Notes: generated by a model not told the origin, from the sequence alone. Numbered from the stretch's first letter, positions 6,785 through 14,786 are shown. The stretch: 14,811 nucleotides of DNA from an archaeon (GCA_035289485.1 DATDXA010000055.1:1-14811), one strand, 5' to 3'. Program-made: numbers and translations.

Positions 6785-7027
6785 ATGGCAAGAGTATTGA
6801 TTCTATCAACGCCCGGATGCGCTCCATGCGCGGCAGTAAAGAAAATGCTGCAGCGGATAGCAAAGGAAATTCCAATTGAAGTGGAAGAAGTGAATGTGCT
6901 TGGCCGCCCTGAGTTGCTTGCAAAGTATAAGTTCATGGCAATGCCAGGGATAGTAATTGATGGCAAGCTGGAGTTTTCCGGATTGCCAAGCGAAAAGGAG
7001 CTGAGGGAAAGAATAATAAAGAGGTAA
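6785..7027 (+). CDS. Small thioredoxin/glutaredoxin-like protein, CAPC
   Basis: TPGCAPC active site, KY-x3-AMPGIVIDGKLEFSG-x-P cis-Pro region; 80 aa; no signal peptide. Confidence 0.9.
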   Translation: MARVLILSTPGCAPCAAVKKMLQRIAKEIPIEVEEVNVLGRPELLAKYKFMAMPGIVIDGKLEFSGLPSEKELRERIIKR

Positions 7028-7083
7028 AACAATAAGGCGAAGCAATAAACATAACCTAAAGTCTGCAAAGGAGGTCTTGAAAA

Positions 7084-7344
7084 ATGGAAAAATTGAATGT
7101 AAACGGTGCAATAGTTTCAGGAGCAATAACATCAGCCGTCATCCACACGCTTTTCGGAATAGCATACCTTGGGGCGCCAAATATGATGCGGGGAATGTAT
7201 AGCATGATGATGTATGACAGCGTGCAAATTGGCATGGGCGCATTTTCAGCCACAAACTGGATAGGCTCTATACTAATAGGGGCAATATTCGGTGCAGTGC
7301 TGGGCTATCTGATTGCAGTCTCGTATAACTGGGCCGCAAAATAA
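7084..7344 (+). CDS. Small two-TM Met-rich membrane protein (DUF5676-like)
   Basis: GGAGGT RBS; two hydrophobic helices linked by MMRGMYSMMMY; ends A-x-x-YN. Confidence 0.72.
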   Translation: MEKLNVNGAIVSGAITSAVIHTLFGIAYLGAPNMMRGMYSMMMYDSVQIGMGAFSATNWIGSILIGAIFGAVLGYLIAVSYNWAAK

Positions 7345-7387
7345 ATCAAATTGATAATAAGCGCCGGAAAAGGATTTGAAGAATTGC

Positions 7388-8479
7388 TCATCCGCACTTG
7401 AGGCAAATCCTTTTCACGTGCAGAACTGAAGTCGATGCCTGCGAACCTGGCTGAATCAAATAGTTCTTGTAAATGCTGCGAACCGCGGGGTTATCCATTG
7501 CCATTCTGATTTTTTCCGATGCATCTATTTCGAAAAGCGCTTTTCTTCGCGCCGCAAGCTTTTCTGCAGTGAGCGGCGGCTGCCCAGCGCCCCCTATGCA
7601 CCCTCCCTGGCAGGTCATGATTTCAACAACGTCGTATGAGTCGAATTTTTCCCTGTTGCTCATAAGATCGCGCAGGTTATTGAGCCCATCAACTATTCCA
7701 ATCCTGAGTTTCTTGCCACCCGTTTGCACTTCCACATCGCGAAAGCCCGCTTGCCCGCGCACTTCCTCAAAATCAATCCTTGCCTTTTTGCCATCCAGTT
7801 TCCATGAAACGAAACGCAGAAGCGCTTCTGTAACCCCTCCGGTGGTCCCAAAGAGCTGCCCCGCTCCAGAGCCCTTTCCCAAAATCTGGTCAAATTCCGC
7901 GTTCTTTGCTCTTTGCAGTTCTGCTCCTCTAAGCTTTAGAAGCTGCGCAGCTTCTCTAGTTGTAAGCACCGCGTCCACGTGCGGCACTCCGTTAAATTCC
8001 ATTTCAGGCCGCTTTGCCTCCATCTTCTTTACAACGCAGGGCATTACCGAAACCGAATAGATGTTTTTGCGCTGCAGCCTCATTCTTCTCGCGTAATGCG
8101 TTTTTATCAGAGAGCCCATGGATTGTTGCGGGCTCTTTACTGTGCAGAAATGCTCTAAAAAATCTGGAAAGTTGTTTTCGACAAAAAGAACCGATGCCGG
8201 GCAGCATGATGTGAGAAGCGGCAGCCTCTCTTTTTCCTGCAGCCTTGTAATCAGCTCCGTTCCCTCTTCCGCGGTTACAATATCCGCCGCGGTTGAGGTA
8301 TCCAAAACCTTGCGAAATCCCGCAAGCTTTAGCGCCCCCACGATTTTTTTTGTGAGTATTTTTCCGGGTTCGTACCCGAACTCTTCTCCTATTGAAACCC
8401 GCACGCTTGGCGCGACCTGGCAGACAACGAATTTAGTTTTGTCATCAAGCGCCGCATTCACTTCTTCAATTACGCCCAT
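7388..8479 (-). CDS. hydA: Minimal group A-like [FeFe]-hydrogenase (H-cluster domain only, 363 aa)
   Basis: All three H-cluster motifs: LTSCCPAS, VMPCVVKKME, EIMTCQGGCIGGAGQP; also QVAPSVR, EEGTEL, KSPQQ, GAG-x-x-FG-x-TGGV-x-EA; small-subunit-like tail (DNPAV..IY..YL..PGS.....LH); no N-terminal ferredoxin domains. Confidence 0.92.
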   Translation of the reverse strand: MGVIEEVNAALDDKTKFVVCQVAPSVRVSIGEEFGYEPGKILTKKIVGALKLAGFRKVLDTSTAADIVTAEEGTELITRLQEKERLPLLTSCCPASVLFVENNFPDFLEHFCTVKSPQQSMGSLIKTHYARRMRLQRKNIYSVSVMPCVVKKMEAKRPEMEFNGVPHVDAVLTTREAAQLLKLRGAELQRAKNAEFDQILGKGSGAGQLFGTTGGVTEALLRFVSWKLDGKKARIDFEEVRGQAGFRDVEVQTGGKKLRIGIVDGLNNLRDLMSNREKFDSYDVVEIMTCQGGCIGGAGQPPLTAEKLAARRKALFEIDASEKIRMAMDNPAVRSIYKNYLIQPGSQASTSVLHVKRICLKCG

Positions 8480-8616
8480 AGAGCAGATTCTGTGTGCTCG
8501 TTGTATTTATTGTTTTGCAAAAAGCGCGCGCAAATTCAGAAAATTCGGAGGCTAACAATTGTTAATTCGCCAAAATCAGGCTAATGCTTATAATATTGTA
8601 AATCATAAACTTTCGC

Positions 8617-9171
8617 ATGAACCGTGTGTTCAGTTACTCGGCAGTGAACAAATCCAAGTACGATTTTGCATTCGCTTCGGAGAATTCCTTTTTTCTCGCA
8701 GCCGCTTTTGCATCAATAATTATTCCAATAGTTCTGCACTCCCAGGCTTTTCCAAACCAGCTGATTGTGGGAACGATTGTAAATGCGCTGCTCGCGCTCT
8801 GCGCCCTTTTTCTCGATTTTAAAAAATCCATTCCGGTTATTTTGCTCCCCGCAATCGCGGCTCTCGCTTCAGGTTTCGTTTTCGGAGCTTTCACTCCGGC
8901 ACTGCTATTTCTTGTCCCTTTCATCTGGGCGGGAAATGCCGTGTATGTGTATGCGCTAAAGAGCCTCAAGGTTGTGAATGGGTCAAATTACATTCTCTCG
9001 CTTGTGTGCTCTTCGCTTTTGAAGGCAGCTTTGATAGGCGTGGGAACTTTCATTCTAATCCTTGCCGGGCTTGTTCCTGAAATTCTCTTGATTCCAATGA
9101 GTTTGGTGCAGTTTGCAACTGCGGTTCTGGGCGGAGCAATTGCAGGTTCAGCCCTATATTTGAGAAAATGA
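8617..9171 (+). CDS. ECF-transporter S-component-like membrane protein
   Basis: About six TMs; NQLIVGTIVNALL, PFIWAGN and QFATAVLGG resemble ECF S components; substrate unknown. Confidence 0.68.
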   Translation: MNRVFSYSAVNKSKYDFAFASENSFFLAAAFASIIIPIVLHSQAFPNQLIVGTIVNALLALCALFLDFKKSIPVILLPAIAALASGFVFGAFTPALLFLVPFIWAGNAVYVYALKSLKVVNGSNYILSLVCSSLLKAALIGVGTFILILAGLVPEILLIPMSLVQFATAVLGGAIAGSALYLRK

Positions 9172-9225
9172 ACCCATTTTTGCCATCAATCAAAAATATA
9201 AACCTCAAAACTGCACTATTTACTC

Positions 9226-9857
9226 ATGCCAGGCAAATATGTTCCACCAAAGCAGATTCTGGATGCTATTTCAGAAATAAACCCGCATGCTCTCAAACAG
9301 ATAATGATTGATGGCGGGACGATTGATAATGTTGGCACAAGAAGTGCTCGGGAACTTGAAGCACTAAGAGAAATGCACTATCCGCCGTTTTGCATGGTTT
9401 TAGTTTCATGCTTGTTCAGGCGCTCAAAAAGCGGAATCTTGATCCTAAATTCGTCATTGACACTTTAAAGCTCAATCACGCGCTTGCAAAGCCAGAAGTG
9501 CATTTGCTTGTGGAAGTTAAAGTCGGCAATCGTTACCATACCATTAACTTCTTTGAAGGCGCTGATGCGCAGCTGCATCTTGTAATGCACCGCGGGCAGC
9601 ACAAAGGCCTCGTGTTCCAGGGCAATTCCATTACTATAAACACGCAAAGGCGTCACACCAGGGATTTAACGCCAGAATCACGGCCAGCTGAAATACTTCC
9701 TGAGTTTGTTAGAATTACAAAAGAAACTATGAATCGCAAACTCCCTTGGTTTAGGGCGAGAAAATTGCCGCTAACAGTGCATGTCCATCACGAGCCTATT
9801 CCTCTTGATCACAGGTACAAAAGGCCGCAGCCCGTTCCTTCACATCACCCAAAATGA
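9226..9857 (+). pseudogene. Transglutaminase-like (Cys-His) protein split by a 1-nt frameshift near 9393
   Basis: ORFs 9226..9468 and 9390..9857 overlap in different frames. One extra C at 9393 gives a single 210-aa ORF reading ...PFCHGFSFMLVQALKK...HLLVEVKVG...TIN. Could be a sequencing error. Confidence 0.55.
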
Positions 9858-9888
9858 TAGGGCGTGCAGCTGTTTGCCCCTCTTTCGG

Positions 9889-9897
9889 TTTTAAAAA
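9889..9897 (+). promoter_or_regulatory. TATA box for tRNA-Val
   Basis: TTTTAAAAA about 30 nt upstream of the mature tRNA 5' end. Confidence 0.5.
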
Positions 9898-9925
9898 CCT
9901 GTTTTTTTACTAAATCCTTACTTAA

Positions 9926-9998
9926 GGGAGAGTGGTCTAGTGGTTATGATACATCGTTCACATCGATGTGGTCGCAGGTTCAATTCCTGCCTCTCCCA
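9926..9998 (+). tRNA. tRNA-Val(CAC), intronless, CCA not encoded
   Basis: Acceptor stem GGGAGAG/CTCTCCC plus discriminator A; D arm GGTCTAGTGGTTATGAT; anticodon arm CATCG-TTCACAT-CGATG (CAC at 9959-9961); T arm GCAGG-TTCAATT-CCTGC. Confidence 0.96.
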
Positions 9999-10022
9999 TT
10001 TTTTCGCACTGGGTGCTCTGTT

Positions 10023-11252
10023 TTGCTTGAAAAAGTGAAAAATTTTGCAATTTCCAACAAGTGGCTCATCATCCCATTTCTGATTTTTCTCATCTTGCAG
10101 ATCTACCAAGCGGCATTTCCAAGCTGGGATTCTATTACATATATTTTCCAGGGCAAGTGGTTTTGCGGCCAAGAGATTTATTTTGAGTGGCTGCGCCCTC
10201 CGCTTCCGGGCGCTACAATGTGCCTACTAGGCGCAACGGAGCTATCTTACATACTCTCTGCCGCAGCAGCATCCATCCTGTACTTTATCGGCGCTTACAT
10301 GGTTTTCCGTGACAGCGGCGTGAAAAACCAGTTCGTTTTCGGTGCGTTCGCTTTTCTTTTCCCGACGATTTTATTCTATTCCAATTTCGGAAGCGACCTC
10401 TTTGCAATCGCATTTCTTCTCATTGCCGTGGGCCTCAAAAGCCCTTTTTCCAAAGGCCTTGCATTCGGGCTTGCAACGCTCTCGCGTTACAATTTCCTGC
10501 TTTATTTTATCATATTCCTCCCTCAGCTCGAATTAAAGCCGAAAAAGATTCTTGAGTTCCTCGCAGGGTTGGTTCTAACCTGGATTCCCTGGGTGGTATA
10601 TAATTATCTTGCAACAGGAAACGCATTTTTCAGCGTTGAGGAGTCTCTTGTTCTGAATGTTTTCCAAAAAGGAACGCTTGCAATGCCTGGCCCTATGCAG
10701 ATATTTTTCATGCTCTTTTTCCTTGCCTTGTTTTTCGCAACTGGCTTCTCCAGGAATTTGAAAAGCGCGCCAAACCAGCTCGGCCTTCTCGCGCTTGTGC
10801 AGTTTTTCGTTTCCGGAATAAAAGAAAATCGCTTCCTTGCTCCGCTTGCAATCGCTCAGGCTCAGAACGCCGCTGGAGAAAAAAATCCTCTTTTGGGAAA
10901 AATCTTTCACGGAGCAGCGATATTGCTTTTCCTTCACGCAATTGTGGGCGGGTATTTCATTTACACTTACTCGCCCCAGCTCCCGCAGGAAGATTCGCTG
11001 CGCGCTTGCCGTGTATATTCAGATGACTGGGTTTATTTTTACCGCCAAGGAATTGTAGCAGAGCCATTGCCAGGGCCAGAAGAATTTGAGAAGAAAATAG
11101 AGGGCGGCTCAAAAATAGTGCTCTTCCACACTCCCGTTCCGCGAGAATTTGAAAAATATGTGCTCTCCAGCTCTGAAAAGTACAAAATCCTTGGAAATGA
11201 TGCGTGCGAGCTGCAGCTAAAGAGCTATGAGTTAAAGGTCTGGCGCGGCTAA
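10023..11252 (+). CDS. Polytopic membrane protein, GT-C (PMT/ArnT-like) glycosyltransferase candidate (409 aa)
   Basis: WD-x-x-x-Y in the first loop, RPPL, GLATLSRY, PW-x-x-YNY-x-x-TG, KE-x-RFL-x-P; many TMs. Start moved to TTG 10023 (GGTG RBS) because the longer ORF runs through the tRNA. Confidence 0.72.
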   Translation: MLEKVKNFAISNKWLIIPFLIFLILQIYQAAFPSWDSITYIFQGKWFCGQEIYFEWLRPPLPGATMCLLGATELSYILSAAAASILYFIGAYMVFRDSGVKNQFVFGAFAFLFPTILFYSNFGSDLFAIAFLLIAVGLKSPFSKGLAFGLATLSRYNFLLYFIIFLPQLELKPKKILEFLAGLVLTWIPWVVYNYLATGNAFFSVEESLVLNVFQKGTLAMPGPMQIFFMLFFLALFFATGFSRNLKSAPNQLGLLALVQFFVSGIKENRFLAPLAIAQAQNAAGEKNPLLGKIFHGAAILLFLHAIVGGYFIYTYSPQLPQEDSLRACRVYSDDWVYFYRQGIVAEPLPGPEEFEKKIEGGSKIVLFHTPVPREFEKYVLSSSEKYKILGNDACELQLKSYELKVWRG

Positions 11253-12544
11253 TCTTTAAACGCGCTCGCTGTTACGCCGCCATCCCATGAGAATCTTGGG
11301 CGAACCTTCATGAGCCAGAGCTTTTCCGTCTGGTCATCTAAAATAAGCGCATACCCTTTCGAGCGCGGCATTTCCTGGTAATATTTGTCAAAATCCTGGT
11401 GCAAATACGCAGGGCGCAGCTGCGAAACAGCTTCAATATCTTCGCGCGCAGTCATCCTGTGAGAAATAAAGAAATCGCACTGGCTTATACAATCCGGGTG
11501 CAATTTGTTCGGGCGCTGCGTTGCAAGCACAAGTGAGAGCCCCGGCTGCCTTCCAACTCTTACCCATTCTAAAAGCACGGAGAGCGCGAGGCTTTTTTCA
11601 TCTTTTGGCATGAACATGTGCGCCTCATCAATCATCATCCAGATAATCGGCATATCGCTCTGCCTGCTAAGACCTTTTGTTAGCCGCACTTCTTCCTCTT
11701 TCCTGTAGAGCATCCTCTCTTCAAAGAGCCGTTTTCCAATCAATCCGACAATAATGTCTCGCGCGCCTTCCATTCCCACTGCCTGCCTATAAGATGAGAC
11801 ATCAATAATCGTAACTGCTCCCGCTTTTGCTATTTCTTTTATCTTTGTTCCTTCTTTTTCGAAAAGTCCCCATGATTTTGCGGCAATGAACCTTCCTGCA
11901 ACGGAGTCCCGTGAATTTTTTTCTGATTCTGTATCATTTCTTGCAGCGCTTGCAAGCTCATCAAGGCCAAATGCGGTTCCCATTTTTTCCTTAACCTTCT
12001 CAACTACGCGCGAAATCAGAACGCCTTCAGCATCTTTCCATGTGACATTGAAAAGGGTCATCCACTCCGCGGCTTCTAATTCCGAAACTCGCAGCGTGAA
12101 CACCCCATCATATGGAAGTTCTTTCTTTTTGTAAAAATCCGCCATTCCTTTCGGCACTAAATAGTTGATTTCGGTTTTCGCAGCCTTCAAATCCCATTTG
12201 TTTAGTTCATCAAGGCCTTCTTTGGTCGGGATTTTAAGCGTCCAGAAGATTCCAACAGTATCAATTACCACAACGCCGATTCTTTGGCGAACTTCAATTG
12301 GCTGGCGCGCGAATTCTTCTATGAGCACGGCAAGAGAATAACTCTTCCCGCCTCCACGCTTGCCGCAGATGAGCATCAAGTGAGGCTTTGCAATATCAAT
12401 TAGCAATTTTCTTCCAAGAACCGGTTTTTCCCCAGAGCTCAGCACAGATTTTCCGAAGTATGCGGTTCCGCGAGCGCCGTATTTTTCTATATCGCCAGTG
12501 GATCTTCCGATAACGGATGAGTCTTCAGTCAGGTTCACTGCCAT
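11249..12544 (-). CDS. HerA/FtsK-superfamily P-loop ATPase (DUF87-like)
   Basis: Walker A ICGKRGGGKS, VVIDTVG, Walker B MMIDEAH, RVGRQPG arginine-finger region, LATQRP. Confidence 0.88.
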   Translation of the reverse strand: MAVNLTEDSSVIGRSTGDIEKYGARGTAYFGKSVLSSGEKPVLGRKLLIDIAKPHLMLICGKRGGGKSYSLAVLIEEFARQPIEVRQRIGVVVIDTVGIFWTLKIPTKEGLDELNKWDLKAAKTEINYLVPKGMADFYKKKELPYDGVFTLRVSELEAAEWMTLFNVTWKDAEGVLISRVVEKVKEKMGTAFGLDELASAARNDTESEKNSRDSVAGRFIAAKSWGLFEKEGTKIKEIAKAGAVTIIDVSSYRQAVGMEGARDIIVGLIGKRLFEERMLYRKEEEVRLTKGLSRQSDMPIIWMMIDEAHMFMPKDEKSLALSVLLEWVRVGRQPGLSLVLATQRPNKLHPDCISQCDFFISHRMTAREDIEAVSQLRPAYLHQDFDKYYQEMPRSKGYALILDDQTEKLWLMKVRPRFSWDGGVTASAFKD

Positions 12545-12574
12545 GCTATGAATTCGCCTTTGGTGTATTTAATT

Positions 12575-13324
12575 CTATTTTGGGCGCTGCCCATGAAGTC
12601 GCCTGAACTCTGTTAGTGTTTCGTTAAAATTTGTGATTTCTGCCTTAAGGTCCAAAACAAGCTGACGGTTTTGTGGCGTTGGGGAAACTTGTGCGGCGAT
12701 TTCGCTTATCTTAAGCATTTTTTCAACCTGCGCGATTGCATATTCGTGTGTGGCTATCTCCTGTTCAAATTGGTTTTTTAGCCCCACCCCTCTCCTGCTA
12801 GCCATATCTTCTATCCTACTTGCATTGTATAATTCATAGGCTGTAACCGCAAAAGCCCTTGCCGGATTGTGAAGTGCTTTTTCATCAAAGAAAACATCTA
12901 CCGCGGTTTTTCCTTTTGCTTCATCCCTGACAGCCGAGAGCCCACTTAATGTCCTTCCCTCTCCAAACGCCTGCAAGTAATCCGTGAATTCCGGGTGTGT
13001 TCTTGCAAATTTTGTAAGATTTGTCATTATGCCTATGTGAACGGTTTTTCCTGCAAATCTCTTCGAGAGATTCTCATCCAAAGAAAATACATTATTTATT
13101 GAATTGCCCATGTTTTCCACTGCAAGCGCCCTGTCTTTAAGCCCAGGTTGGGGGTTGATAAAAAAAGTCGGTGGCTTGAGCTTTCTGTTTCGAAATATTT
13201 CTTCTGTCACAACGCCCAAGCTGGCGGCTCCAACTGTAATTCCTGCCCATTTGAGGAACTTTCTTCTGGAAATATTCCCTTCAGAAGCGGGTTTTGGCTT
13301 TCTTTCACGGTGAAAAAATTTCAT
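12575..13324 (-). CDS. Hypothetical protein with twin-arginine-like N-terminus
   Basis: 249-aa ORF; ISRRKFLK followed by a hydrophobic stretch matches the S-R-R-x-F-L-K Tat consensus. Confidence 0.75.
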   Translation of the reverse strand: MKFFHRERKPKPASEGNISRRKFLKWAGITVGAASLGVVTEEIFRNRKLKPPTFFINPQPGLKDRALAVENMGNSINNVFSLDENLSKRFAGKTVHIGIMTNLTKFARTHPEFTDYLQAFGEGRTLSGLSAVRDEAKGKTAVDVFFDEKALHNPARAFAVTAYELYNASRIEDMASRRGVGLKNQFEQEIATHEYAIAQVEKMLKISEIAAQVSPTPQNRQLVLDLKAEITNFNETLTEFRRLHGQRPK

Positions 13325-13351
13325 AATCGATATTGAATTGCGTTTACGATC

Positions 13352-13897
13352 CTATTTTCCCTGCCCTATCAATCCTTCGCGCCATTTCCTAAGTGAATCC
13401 CTGTCCATGTTTATTGTTATATACCTGTCTCCTAAATCTCTTGTTCCTTGCCAATTTTCCTTCAATGTTATTTTCCCTTGACTTTCAAGCCGTTTCAGGG
13501 CATCATGCATTTGTTTCGGAGTAATGCCAAGGTGTTGCTGCGCATATGCAATTGAAATGGTTATATTTGATGGGGTATTAAATTCATTAAAATTTGGGCC
13601 CAGCAGTAACCTTCTTCCAATATGATCCCATACTTTTTCTTCAGCCATCTTCATTAGTTGAGGCTCGTTGTCCGCGTTTTTTTCTAATCCATACTGCGCT
13701 TCTATGGTCTGCCTGAAGCGCCTTACAGATGCTTTGTCCCCTCTGATACTTTCCATCTGCTCAATTCTTGCAGTGGCCTGTTTTGCATTTGCATTCAGCC
13801 TGCGGATATCAATGCCGGTTTTTGCAGCCGAACCTAGCAAAGCCGCGCCTAATCCGAGTGCCACAATCTTTCCTCGCAGGCCTACTTTCTTTTTCAT
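13352..13897 (-). CDS. Hypothetical N-terminally anchored or secreted protein
   Basis: 181-aa ORF; basic N-terminus, hydrophobic helix, coiled segment; ATTAAATA TATA-like element about 22 nt upstream. Confidence 0.72.
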   Translation of the reverse strand: MKKKVGLRGKIVALGLGAALLGSAAKTGIDIRRLNANAKQATARIEQMESIRGDKASVRRFRQTIEAQYGLEKNADNEPQLMKMAEEKVWDHIGRRLLLGPNFNEFNTPSNITISIAYAQQHLGITPKQMHDALKRLESQGKITLKENWQGTRDLGDRYITINMDRDSLRKWREGLIGQGK

Positions 13898-13960
13898 GTA
13901 CGGAGTAATGTTTAGGTGATATTTAATTGATTCTGCAAAGGCTATGTTTTGAAGTAAAGT

Positions 13961-14206
13961 TCAAATCTTTGGCTTGTAATAGTTCATTACATTTTCTCTT
14001 GCCCTTGAAGGCGAAAGCCCGTGCCTTTCAAGTCTTACCGCTTCAAGCCTTATGGCCTCTTCAGCAGGAATCCTGTTTTCAAAGCATGCGGCGATAACGC
14101 CTTCTCCCTTTGCGGCAATATCGAGTAGTTCATGAAATTTCAGGCGCTTTGCCGGGCTATTTTTTGTCTCTTTCCAATAAACCCTGCCCGGAACTCTTTT
14201 TGGCAT
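13961..14206 (-). CDS. Small basic hypothetical protein
   Basis: 81-aa ORF co-oriented with neighbours, fills the gap; TTTAAATA upstream. Confidence 0.6.
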   Translation of the reverse strand: MPKRVPGRVYWKETKNSPAKRLKFHELLDIAAKGEGVIAACFENRIPAEEAIRLEAVRLERHGLSPSRARENVMNYYKPKI

Positions 14207-14222
14207 GCAATCCCTGCTATTT

Positions 14223-14290
14223 AAAAAAAATCGAAAAGGATAGGGCTGAGAAGCTCGAGGTGGGGGTTAAATTAGTGAGCTTCTCATCCC
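14223..14290 (-). terminator. Hairpin plus T-tract downstream of 14301..14786
   Basis: Perfect 10-bp stem TGAGAAGCTC (14247-14256)/GAGCTTCTCA (14277-14286), extended by GGG/CCC, 20-nt loop, followed on the minus strand by TTTT and T8 tracts. Confidence 0.5.
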
Positions 14291-14300
14291 CTTCCCTGCC

Positions 14301-14786
14301 CTAGCTTTTAGCTAAGTATAACACTTTTCTTCCGCTCTGGATTTTTTTGAGATACCCTTCGCGGTAGAGCTTACTAAGCCTCTGGCATGCTGCATTAAGG
14401 CCCTTGTAATTCATCATGGTCTTGATGTCTTTTGCAGTGCATCCTCCCCTCTCCTCGACCATCTTTAGTATTGCCTGGTCGGGTTCGGGGAGGATTTCGA
14501 ACCTGCTTTGCGTACTGTTTTGCGTATTGTGTACTGGGGTTTCGGGGGTAGTTTTAAGCGAAAACATGATTTTATCGTACTTCTCATTGATGCTTTCAAG
14601 GATTGTGTTGGTCCTATCCCTTTCCTGAACCAAGCGGTACATGAGAGCGGCAAGAACTTTAGGGTTGTCTGATTGCTGCATTATTTGCTCAAGATCAGCC
14701 ATCTCATTGAACTTTGGGCTGATTTTTTCAAGCAGTTCCTTTTCTTTTACAACACTCTTGAAAATATCATGATTATTCATGTACAT
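14301..14786 (-). CDS. Coiled-coil plus C-terminal winged-helix DNA-binding protein
   Basis: C-terminal L-x-EPDQAILKMV...TAKDI...YKGLNAACQRLSKLYREGYLKKIQSGRKVLY is wHTH-like; helical N-terminal half. True start may be ATG 14780. Confidence 0.8.
   Translation of the reverse strand: MYMNNHDIFKSVVKEKELLEKISPKFNEMADLEQIMQQSDNPKVLAALMYRLVQERDRTNTILESINEKYDKIMFSLKTTPETPVHNTQNSTQSRFEILPEPDQAILKMVEERGGCTAKDIKTMMNYKGLNAACQRLSKLYREGYLKKIQSGRKVLYLAKS

Noticed and set aside
9926..9998. tRNA as an integration site for an island
   Set aside because: No integrase and no duplicated tRNA 3' end were noticed in the window.
9864..10022. N-terminal extension of the 462-aa ORF
   Set aside because: It runs through a well-formed tRNA-Val gene; a TTG start with RBS exists at 10023.
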